A stretch of DNA of 56,240 nt, the filler included, from Perkinsus olseni (lineage: Eukaryota): assembly GCA_013115125.1 (NCBI GenBank). It is 2 parts of 2 records of this genome, joined end to end, with 100 filler letters (N's around TTAATTAATTAA, not from the genome) between each part and the next. Parts side by side here need not be neighbours in the genome. Positions count along the whole stretch, not along the records: positions 28,187 to 56,240 come from JABANN010000456.1; 1 more part is not named here. One strand, given 5' to 3'. Position numbers and translations under genes: made by a program. The notes under the pieces are model-generated. The model did not search any database, was not told the origin of the DNA, and worked only from the letters and a program-made list of their open reading frames with translations. Below, one piece after another: positions 38,017 to 48,615 of the stretch. Every line of letters starts with the position of its first letter. Position 1 is the first letter of the stretch.

Positions 38017-40364
38017 CTACACCCAACTTTCCGCCTCTTCGTCTTCCCCATCTTTTACCATCTCCAACGGCAATTCTCGAATTGTCTTCAAATTTTTCTG
38101 CAAACCCAAACTCATCGCTCCGCTTTCTCCTACCATCCCAAACAAAATCTTGCAATCTTGGCTAGCTTGCATTTCCTCAACGCCCTCAAACCTCAACACA
38201 GTCGGCCGCCTCTCAGCGCCCGTCAGCCTCGGCGACACAATTTTCGACGCTTGCTTCGTCGAGATCATCTCCACGTCAATCAGCGCTTCCTCGACAGCTC
38301 TCGCCGGCCGCTTCGACGCATCCAAGCTCGGCCCACGCTCATGCAAATCGCGCGCGCCCTGGTGATCGATTTCCTCCTTTCTCCGACCTTCCAATTCTCG
38401 TATAAGGCCTCGCAGCTCCTCGACACGGTCCCTCAGGCGACAACACAACGCCGTATCGATCCAGTCTGCCTCAGCATCCCCCAGTAGCGAATCGTCACCA
38501 GTGGAAATTCCACCGCTCGAAAGATTAGCTTTTCTCAAAGCCAAGATATATCTTTCTCTTGACAACGAATTCTCGTCGTCGGAAAATTTATCATGAAAAT
38601 CTGCTGTTCCAAAATCTGCGTCCGCAAACGCTTCAAATTTTACCCCGAACATTTCCACGTCCAAACAGCGGCGTTGGGAAGTCTCCGTGACATAACAGAA
38701 TCGGAGGTGAATCAACTTGGCCGGTTCGGCACTGAAAGAAGGGAAAATTAACCGTGAATTGAGTAAAAAGGATTAATATTTAATAAACTTGCAGTCGAAA
38801 TTAAAACTGCGCAATTTATTTTCCCGGCAATCTACTGTGTGCGCCAGTTTGATACGAAAATGACATTTATGCTTTTACACGACTCTCGATGGAATCCCGG
38901 GATGAATCATACCTCAAATGGAAGGCAATCGTGATATCAATCCAAACCGTGACCAAGTTCAAATCGATCAACCGTTTCGCGGAAGATACCACCGGAAAAC
39001 CGTTTCGCGACGAAAATCACTGTGCCATTTTCGATACGCAAGTTGTGTTTTTCCATCAATCAAAATTGGTTGTAATTTAATAACAGTTAAAATGAGAAAC
39101 AACCGTTGCAATTTGATTTTATTCGAGCTGACAAAAGTTCACGTGCTTCGCTCCGCTGCGCTCGAAACGAAAAATTTCCACCATGAATCACAGAGCTTGG
39201 CACACCTCCCCCCAACTGCTGCGCGGTATGCCGTCCAATACACACAATAAGTGCATCGAACGCCCGCACGGCGAAGGATTCCTGTACAGCGTTTCCGAAT
39301 CTATATTACCCCAGCATCGACCTAAGATTCGCTTTGACCTTATACAGTGTCCGCGCCCATAGAACACGCTGTCAACATGACGATGTAAAAAGCGCGCGCC
39401 CCAGATCGATCGAAAACCGTTTCACCCCTCATTATTACCAATTATTTCCCTCACTTCCCAGGAGCCGCATGTAGTTGTAAAATCTTTCATACTCGCTCTC
39501 CCGTCTGTTCGGCGCCGTCCGCGTCCAAGATTCTCCGTCAACCTCGTCAGCTCCCAACAGCGACAAAAGATTCATCCCAAGCATATTCATTTGCCCGCCG
39601 AAAAACTCATCCAACTTCTTATTATCATTATCAATAATTTCGAAAGATTCTCCTCCTACCACGAAAACCGTATCAAAAACCGCCGCTAATAATCTTCGCT
39701 GTGCGCTGTAAAACGGTTTCACTTTCCTATGCAGCGCCATCTCCGAACGGACCGTTCGACCCTGGATGAACCTATGTCGCCAGCCGATGTCGCATCTTCT
39801 CAGCGCCAAGAAAATCACCAAAGATATCAACGCCAGGGCAGCGACGTGAAGGAGAATGTATTCCCACCAGGTCTGATAGGGCTCCTCACTTAGCAAAATT
39901 AAATACAAAAAAAATAAACAAATCGTGTAGCAGAGCAACATGAAGACCTTAAAGACGCTCAGACGTCCGCACAGACTGGCTGACGTGAGTCCGAAGATGG
40001 CCACCAGAACCGCAACCCCCTCGTCGTACAGAGCCGGCCCGTGATTGTCCTCATCCTTCCAACCCGTAAAAAATTCTATAAGGACTTGAGCTCGTTGCGA
40101 ATCGAGAAGCGTATAAAAGACATGATGCATAATAAAAATAACCGCACCAATTTCGACGAATTTTTGAAAACACTCACAGGCCCGCAGCGTCCAATGGGCC
40201 ACCCCAAGATAGATCAAACTGATCAGCAAATTGAGAATGAAAAACTGACCAGCAACCCCCGGCCAGAACTTGGATACTGCTTGGTCGCGAGAGTCGACCA
40301 GTGAGATATATCGAAACAAGAAAAGGGCGATCAAGGCCAACAACCGCATCTGAAAAAAATGCAA
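38017..40364 (-). CDS. Hypothetical multi-pass membrane protein with a cytosolic/coiled-coil C-terminal region (approximate)
   Basis: ORF 39435..40364 has about six hydrophobic segments followed by RRLLAAVFDTVFVV..KLDEFFG (possibly PAS-like). ORF 38017..38715 is coiled-coil-like. Linkage of the two is inferred. Confidence 0.5.
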
Positions 40365-40749
40365 AAACGAGTTGCTTCGCTCCGCCTAACTTGCGGCAAA
40401 CTAGCGGGAAGATACGACAATCCCCGATTAAAATTTCCGCCAGAATTTTCGCACACCCAGCGGTTCGCGAAAACCGTTTCTCGTCAGCGACGATTCCGTT
40501 GCTGTTCGCTCGCTTGCTTGCCGGCTTGCAGTAAAAGTCACCGCTTCACTCTTACGAGCTTCCATCACACAACGCCGTTCCCGTCTACAAAAATTCATAG
40601 TCAAATTACTTCAAAAACTTCAAAAACGATTTTCCAACGTCCATTAATTTTTCCCTTTTAATTTTTTGTTGAGAATAAGAGAGAGAATCAAATACGTAAT
40701 CAGTAAATTTCTGACGAACGCGCCTCCAGAATTTCGAGCAAGGGATTGC

Positions 40750-41690
40750 CATGGCTCACGGTAGTCTTCTATCCTATCTGTCCAGACAGCAGCGACCGTC
40801 ACGCGCCACGAAATCTCATTTTCAGAGGGCCCTCTCACAGAAGCAACCTCAGCTCACACTACATGAGAAAAGCTCCGTTACATACACTGATGAGCTGATG
40901 GAAGATTTTTCAACCGCTTCTAAAATTACCCGAAAATTCCCGAAAAAATTACGCTCCTAGGCGGGATCTAAAAATTTCAATCCGTCGCAAGAAAACCCGA
41001 AATTTTAGTGCTTCCACACAATACCTATATTCATATAAAGCGCCAAAGAAAACTCCCCGGAAAAAAATTTTCCAGGCAAAATTTTTTCGGAAAGAAAATT
41101 TTCCCGACCATCCCTCCGCTACTACCATTGTTGCGGTTCGAAGTGAATCCAAGAATCCTTGTTGGTCGTGTTTGTAAACATTATATTCCCTCTCAACCCC
41201 GAGGGGCTCGAACCTCGGAAATATCTTTTCGAACAGCGTCTCTCTGGGCCATTCATCTCTATAATAAACCCAGGGCTCGGGAAGGGCTTTAGCGGAGCGA
41301 TCCGTTTTTTCTTTCTCATTTTTCCGCACCAGCAGGGCGCTAGTACTGCCAGCCCGTGAACTGTCCATCTCGTCTGGTATTTCTCGCGCGCCACGAAATT
41401 GATCGATCGGCGGGCGGGAGCTGTGAGAGGCAGGCTCGAGGTCTACCGAGGAGGGCATAGGAAAATCTCCCAAAAACAAACTCTTCTCGGAAAAATATCT
41501 TTAAGCTGCGCCCGAGACTAGCTTCAACCTTAGATACGCCTCGCTAATAATAATAATAATACAATACTCGAGCGACCACGCACCTTCTCATCGTCGTCTG
41601 CAACTACGTCCACCCCTCATCTCACCCGAGAACAGGACCGTCCTTGAGACTTTCCAGAATGCTCGGGTCCTAGGCAAAGCAAGCGCATGA
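40750..41690 (-). CDS. Hypothetical protein (approximate)
   Basis: Exon-like segment LPEPWVYYRDEWPRETLFEKIFPRFEPLGVEREYNVYKHDQQGFLDSLR. Confidence 0.35.
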
Positions 41691-41826
41691 GGTTCCGCGT
41701 CGAAGTGAGGTGCCCCTCCAAGTGAGTGAGAGCCCGCCTAGTCCGCCCAGGCCGGCGATCACCCCGAAATTATTAAGCAACTCGAAGCCGACCTCAATCA
41801 CGCCAGAAGATACTCTAAAGATACTT

Positions 41827-43989
41827 CTACTGTGCAGGTTGTTGTTGTTGTTGTTGTTGTTGTTGCTGTTGGGCGGCCATCTTCTGCTGCATCACCGCCA
41901 TGCACATTTCCAAATTTTGACGTTTTTCGCCTAGGACCTACGCATGATACCAACTTCTCACCAAATCTTGAGACTATGGGGTTTTCGGAGAAAGAGCAGA
42001 GATCGCGTCATCCGCGCTACTCGACGAACAAATGCCCTATCTACATAACACAATGGAGCTGTGCTCATACTAGCTTCGCATTATCAATCCATTCTCTCAA
42101 CTACTCCACCTTTCTATCTACTCTATCTCGTTCACTATGAGCCCAATCTACTTATGTTGTGTTCTACAACCACGTCTGGCACAACGAGATAGCGCAGTTA
42201 TGTCACCAACCCAGACCAACTCTACGCATCTTAGGTCGATGCTAGTAGGATGCAAAACTGGTCAACACGAGGCATTTTTCTCGCCCCATATAGGCAGAAC
42301 AGTGACGAGTCACCGACATAGACTACGGTTCCCGAGCGGGATCAGACTACAGAAAAGAGCTCGCGCTGCCGACTTCATCATTCTACATCTCGAAAATGCT
42401 CTCGCCGCTCTCACGTATCTCTACACGAGTCATCTATGCTGTGACGCCTGTACTGTCAACATCAATCCTGACCATGTCTGGCCCAATCCAACGGCATAGC
42501 AACGACTACCGAGATTTTCGTCAAGTCCGCAGCGATAGATACTGTGTTTTACAGAGCCACTCGACCGCCCTTCTCGTTCCCTGGGGCATACCGTCCTCGT
42601 TTTTGCATATGAGAATTTTTTTTGTTACGGCCAATACGAAAAACACATCTCACTTCGCGTCTCACGGGTAAAACCAGAGAAAAGGTAAAGCAGGTAAAGC
42701 AGAGATAACCATGGCAAAGTCTACAAGCGTGATATCGCCCATCAAAATTCTGGAACCGTCCTCCCAGTTCTTCCTCTTCGAAGGATGACTGCTGATTTTT
42801 TTTACGCTCCGTACCGCTATTTCTTAACTCATGCTTGAAACCACTCATTTCCTGTAGTTTTGGAGAAATTACAATAATTGAGAATTGGAGAATTCTTAGA
42901 GGAAAAATCGGAGTTGACGAAATTCGCCCCCTCCGTACCTTCGCGAGACTGCCAATATTTCCATTGATCATCCCTGATCGATCCTCGCAGTGTTTCTGAG
43001 CTGCCGCGGTCGGTTTCTCGACAAAATATCTAACAAACACCCTGGCGTGATACAGGTTAACCTAAGATACGCATTCTCACCCCGTTCCAACGTTCAACAA
43101 AACTCTATCGACCTCGCACGCTTTACCTGATAGAAACACAGACCCCGGTTCGATCCCGGCACCCCGCATTTTTATTACCTCGAACATAAACAGAATTACT
43201 AAGCGGCACCAAAGTCTCCTTCCCTTCGTCCTTATCGGCGCTCACTCCTCCCAACGCCCGAGCACTCATATCATACCTGTCGAAATTTTATGCTACTTTT
43301 ACTGCCACAACCAGTTACTACGCTTGCTGAGCAACTCTGAGCTTGGTAATGGTGTCTGTCAATTGACCGACCTCCTGAACAAGACAGAATCGATGATGCC
43401 ACGAAGAACTATTTTCAAGTTCTTCGAAACGACCAAAATCACCAAGTAAAAAAACATTCGAACCATCACAGGGTTCGGCGGATCATCAGAGAATCTTCAA
43501 GCAACTTGAACAAAGCTCTGCTCAGCCCTTCCGAACGGACCTCGCGGGACAATTCTCGCTTAGGTCGTTGAAAATACTTTCGATCAGTCGTACCACGGTA
43601 AAAAATTAGGAGAATCCAATGATTTTGAAGCCCTAGATTTTCTCTATACCTACGGTAGTACACGATAAACGTTGGTTCGCTGCCCAATTCCGAGCTATCC
43701 GAAGCGGCCCGATCCTCGGGGCGTGGTATTTGACATTGTCATTCCTGCATCCCGGCATAGTGGTTGCCTCATTTTTGCATGTGGCCATCCGTAAATGATA
43801 TTTTCTACTCCCATTGACCTAAGATATTCCTCGTCGCAATTACCAGTCACAAATTTTCATGACGTAAAATTATAATCATAACCTAACTACCTGTTCAAGT
43901 TTTTGTTTGTGCTGATTGAGCTCAGGAAGAGACAACTGCGTCGGGTTGACGGTTGACGGTGGCGAGGAAGTGGCTGCCGCTGCGGACAT
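41827..43989 (-). CDS. PFDN5: Prefoldin subunit 5 (alpha type), 6 exons, C-terminal Q11
   Basis: MSAAAA..QLSLPELNQHKQKLEQ / EVGQLTDTITKLRVAQQ / ..EGKETLVPLSNSVYVR / GKACEVDRVLLNVGTG / YFVEKPTAAAQKHCEDR..SLAK / VLGEKRQNLEMCMAVMQQKMAA(Q)11PAQ*. Confidence 0.9.
42033..42196 (+). mobile_element. 164-bp solo-LTR-like repeat, copy 1 (in the last prefoldin intron)
   Basis: TG..CA ends with a 9/10 terminal inverted repeat. Highly similar to and the same length as 48757-48920 (inverted). No TSD. Confidence 0.75.
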
Positions 43990-44935
43990 CGTTAATGGGA
44001 ACAAAACTGTGCACCACGACTGATATGATAGATCATACGAAACGCAGGCGAAACGCTTCTCAATCATCCCCGGCCATTTCCCACTCGCTCGTAAGAGTGA
44101 AACCATCGCTGTGTCGAACTCGACGAATAATAACACTAAACTCTAATACCCTCTATACGCGAAAATATCATGTTTCTAATATTTTCCACTACAATACGAA
44201 AATATAATATACTTTACCTCCACCACCCTCCTGCAGGCTCGCGTCCTCGTTTACTATGACCAGTGAGCAGCCCAGGGCGATCAAATGACGGTAGTTTTCC
44301 TCTACATTCGACCCAGATTAATACGCTACTAATAACACGGCCCAGCAAGCCTTAGTAACAGCGTCTCCATCAACATCATGATTCAAGGCTTATCTTTCTG
44401 CTGGATCGTGCCGTAGTCACGGTCAAAATCATTTCTCAACGGCCTCATCTCGCCACGAGTCGGTCTGACGTCCTGGGTTGTCCCTTTCCGCATGTCAACC
44501 GCAAAGTCCAGAAGCCCGGCAACAGGGTTGGCAACCCACTTTCCCAAAGTCACAGCGCCACGTAAAGCATCTTCTTTGACGAAGTTGTTGCGCTCAAGAC
44601 TCTGGTGGCTGATCAGATTGCTGCTGTTCCCTATGACGAACAATGTCACCCCTAAGACACGTCGCATTGGTACTTGGGTTCGCACAAACTGAAAAGATGA
44701 GACCCTTCGGAAGACCATCAAGCACGTTGTCTCGACGGACACGAAGAGGTCTTTCGAAAAACAATTTCTGAAACTCAGTACCACAACTTACGCGTAAAAA
44801 CTAATCCCAGAACGAATCATGAGTTTCCGAAGGATTACATTCTTCAGGAGGAAATTCTACAATTTTGCAAGATTTCTAATTCCCAACTTCAATGGGAGAT
44901 GTTAAGTTGGAAGGTGAAGAAGTGGGAAATTTTCT

Positions 44936-45400
44936 TCAAAATTTTGAATTGCACAATCCCTGAGGGCAATCACTAAGGCGGGCAAGAACCACCCTCGCGT
45001 GTGACACCAACGCGATAGGCGTGCATTTGGTAGAGTGCAAACAGCTTATATAGATTCTCCGAGACACTTCCCAAGACGGGAGGGAAGGGCCACCGGAAAA
45101 CCCTTGACCGCGGTGGAAGGCAGAAACCCGGAAATTGTAAGCTCGTGCTTGTTCGTGTTGCTGTCTGAAGTTCCAACCAACTGCGCTTTCATCCACAAGG
45201 AATTGAGTCCTGGCGACTCTGCACAGGTCAATAAAGTTGTTATTCTCTACGACTTCGACGTCCAAGGGTCGCGTCGTGAACTACTCAGTGGCAGTTTTCA
45301 TGCATTCACTCTTGAGTACGGTAGCCATGCTTGGCACGATTCAAGGGATCAAATCCGAGCCGGGCGATTGGTCTGAAGCACATTCTCAATACATGTCTAT
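44936..45400 (-). CDS. Hypothetical protein fragment, possibly related to 48616-49247
   Basis: Shares GP(S/P)xxPSWEVSxR with the 48.8-49.2 kb ORF. Confidence 0.25.
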
Positions 45401-46291
45401 GAAGAGATTCTCTTATCGGGTGGAAACCGAATCACACAGTCTGACAAGGTGGATTATACAAATCGCGAGTGAAACGTTTATCAATGGCCTTAACCAGCCA
45501 AACGGACAAACAAACAGCGCCCACAAGCAGCAGCACAGGCTACCAATCAAAAGTAAGTAGTAATCGTTGTGGCTAATGTGGACGAAGAAGAAAGAAGGAG
45601 ATGCCCGTCTCCATTCACGATGTGCGACAATTTTTGGGCGCGCGCTTTTGTCGGCGCAAGATTCAGCACGAAGTTTGATTTTGTGAACCAAACTGTCCAA
45701 ACTGCTTCCAGCGGTCTTGTGAGTCATATGAGGTCTATCCAGCACCCTCAGCGCTTCTGCAGAAGAAGTCCCGCTGTAGCTGCTGCTCCTGCTGCACCCG
45801 AACGGGGTCGAGTCAACCACTGTACCGACTTCTAGGCTCATCCTGTCTTTCTCCGATGAGAGGCTAAGCTTAGTGGCCGACGGTGAGCGAATCAATGATT
45901 TGACGTTAGACGGCAAAACGCGGCGGCTGTGTCCTCTCAGAGGACTCCTCTGTGGGTCAGAAAAAGGTTCAAACTCCATAGGAGTTACTCCAATTCACCC
46001 TACTTAGCTCACATTCACTTGCTACATTTCTCAGAATCTACTCATGAAACGGTTTTGATTACACTTCCAATCTTTATGCATTGCCATTATGCCGAACATA
46101 TCCAAGAAACAGCTGCTGGTTTGTGATTTTTATTTAGGTCTTAGTCGCTCTTTTAGGAAATATTCTAACTTTATTTGGAGCACTGCAGTATGTTTGTGGA
46201 ATCGCGAAGACAGCAGGTGAAAGATTGGATTACAGACGGCGAACCTGTCCGTATTGTGGTCCCAATCGGTCCGTCTCTTCGCACTCGGCCT

Positions 46292-46300
46292 TCATCATCG

Positions 46301-46333
<33 letters not shown>
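46292..46333. repeat. (TCA)14 microsatellite with one TCG, probably a poly-Asp tract of a minus-strand hypothetical gene
   Basis: Direct reading of the sequence. Confidence 0.9.
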
Positions 46334-48615
46334 CGCTGGCGTGGGCAAGTATTGAGCGTTGACCAACTCTGCCACGCTCTTGCGTCGGCGTAGTTGCTGG
46401 ACCGTCATGCTTCCCCGATTTCCCAGGTTGAGCAGCAGACTACCCGATTGTGATTCTGGCGAGCTGTCGACGACAGTCTGTCGTACCTGATGGTTACGCA
46501 AGGCATCACCACAAATATAGCGTTCTGTTCAACACAACCTAAGGTGTTGGACGGATCCTAGGTCTTCGCCTTGAGTCTGCGCACACTGGCACGCAGACGC
46601 ATATTTTCTCGAAGCGAAAATACAAATCTTAGAGCGAGGAGTGCTCTCGCTCTACTCGATGGAGCTGCTATCGGTTGTAGCTGTGAAAGTAGCATAATTT
46701 CATCATGTCCATATTAATCGACTTCGACACGTACAATATTGAAGATGACAGAGGAGAAAAAAAGAAGGTTGACAAACCGCGGAGTATCCTAAATAAGATA
46801 CGCCACTGGATGAAGCGGTGTTGTCGTACGGCAAGGTTAAGCATGATAATAATAAATAGAAAGATACTCAGGTTTTTCGCGCTGCGAAAGATTCATCATA
46901 ATCATGGGAAGATTCCTCCTGGAGATGATCCTCGGAATCTTAGCTTGCTCCATGACTATCACGGGCATTCAAGATACCACAGAGTAATTTCCACGATAGA
47001 GGGAACAGTAACGCGCCATTTAGCAGGTACCATTCTTGGCTGAAGGGAAATTGCACGATCCAGGATTTCGACCGGTCCACCAGTTGCCATGATTGCAATT
47101 TCCGAGTCAATTTGGTGAGAGAAAAGTGAAAAAAGTTCAAAAACTGAAATCAATTATCATGATGAAAATATAGATTTCATAATACACTGAGTCTTGTGAG
47201 ATAATTTCGCCATTCCAAGGCGTTTCTCCTCGACTAGCCGACATGCTAAGATTCAATGGAAAATTGACAAAAGGGATTCCTCTGAGCGTTACCGAGCTGA
47301 AAAACTGTGACTGTCTTATCCGACTTTCTCGCAAAATTTTTTCCGCGTCGAACAAGATCTCCTCAGCGTTTGACGTATTGTGTTTCCAAATTGGTGCAGA
47401 AAATCACTCCGACACGACTTGGCAATTTTTATAGAAAATTCTTGCCCTCTGCGACGACCTCGATTCATTGAAGGTATCCTCGGACGATGCGCCTGAAGTA
47501 GCCAATACTACAGGCCCATGGAAGCCCATCTTCGCTCACAACGTGAGTTCGCTCATCATCGCTGGCTGATTTTCTTGAAGAATTTCATCGCAATTTAAAT
47601 TTTTAGTCTTCGCTCTCACTCTTTCCTTCAGCGCAGAACTCGCTCCGCTGCGTAGACGATTCGGATGATCGTAAAAACGGAAATAAGCATTAGTCAATGA
47701 AAGAAACTCACTCTCACCCTGTCTCACCTGGGGCACAACATCTCTCTAACCAGGTTTTTGGACTTGCACGAAAGGCAAAACGCGCGCTCGGTCATTAGTA
47801 ACTAACTGGTCGTTTCAGATGGCGTTGAGCACTGAGAAGTTCATGGTGAGGAAAAATGACATATAACTTGAAAACTGAGATCGTTCTTTAGCTGTGAAAT
47901 TCTCAGGAGAACTCTTCCGCTCGGCGTTGGTACAACGGAAAGGTGCAACGACTGTTATCATTTTTCAGTATATTACTAAGCGCGCAATGGTCGTGCCGGA
48001 AGACACTTTCAGATGCTGCGGTCATCCGGAACCAGAGGTGAGTTTTTATCACAACTGTTCAAGGCACTCTTGGAGGCGATAATTATAGACAAAAATTCTC
48101 GAAACACTTTCGAGAATTATTTTATTCTTCAGCGATATTTTCGAATATCTCTAAATGGAGCATTCGAGAACTATCAATAGGGATTTCTTGCAACTCTGGA
48201 AAGTAGATGAATTTCCGACGGAAAATACCTTCCCGCTTATTTCAGAGATCGTCGTCTCCAAGTCTCCCGCCTGGCACTACTCCCGCGCTCGACCCAACTG
48301 CAACTTTCTCGTGCTGTGAGTTCAAGATTCGTTCCTTCTTCGCTCCCATTTGTTGACGGTAAGATTTACGTCACCCGTCGTTCCTCTAATTAACAGATGA
48401 AGAACTAGTCCTCGTGAAGAGGAAAATTATTCTTCCTGAAAATAACACAAAATAAATCACGAAATATTTTTTCAAAATTATGTTATTTTGTCACTTACAA
48501 AGGATATAGCGCACCCCAGCGCCCTAAGATATCCTCCCTAAACCCTCCGCTTGTTAGGTAATTTCTATTCCTCGACATCGAGTCTCTTTTGCGATGCGTG
48601 GACAGCTCCATCGTG

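Noticed and set aside
12531-43175. Additional complete tRNA genes at the GGTTCGA sites
   Set aside because: No D-arm or acceptor 5' strand can be folded; they are reported as 3'-half relics instead.
45318-45340. Spliced-leader relic (CGGTAGCCATGCTTGGC resembles the perkinsid/dinoflagellate SL)
   Set aside because: Only a partial gapped match, lacking the CTCAAG end and not placed before a gene start on that strand.
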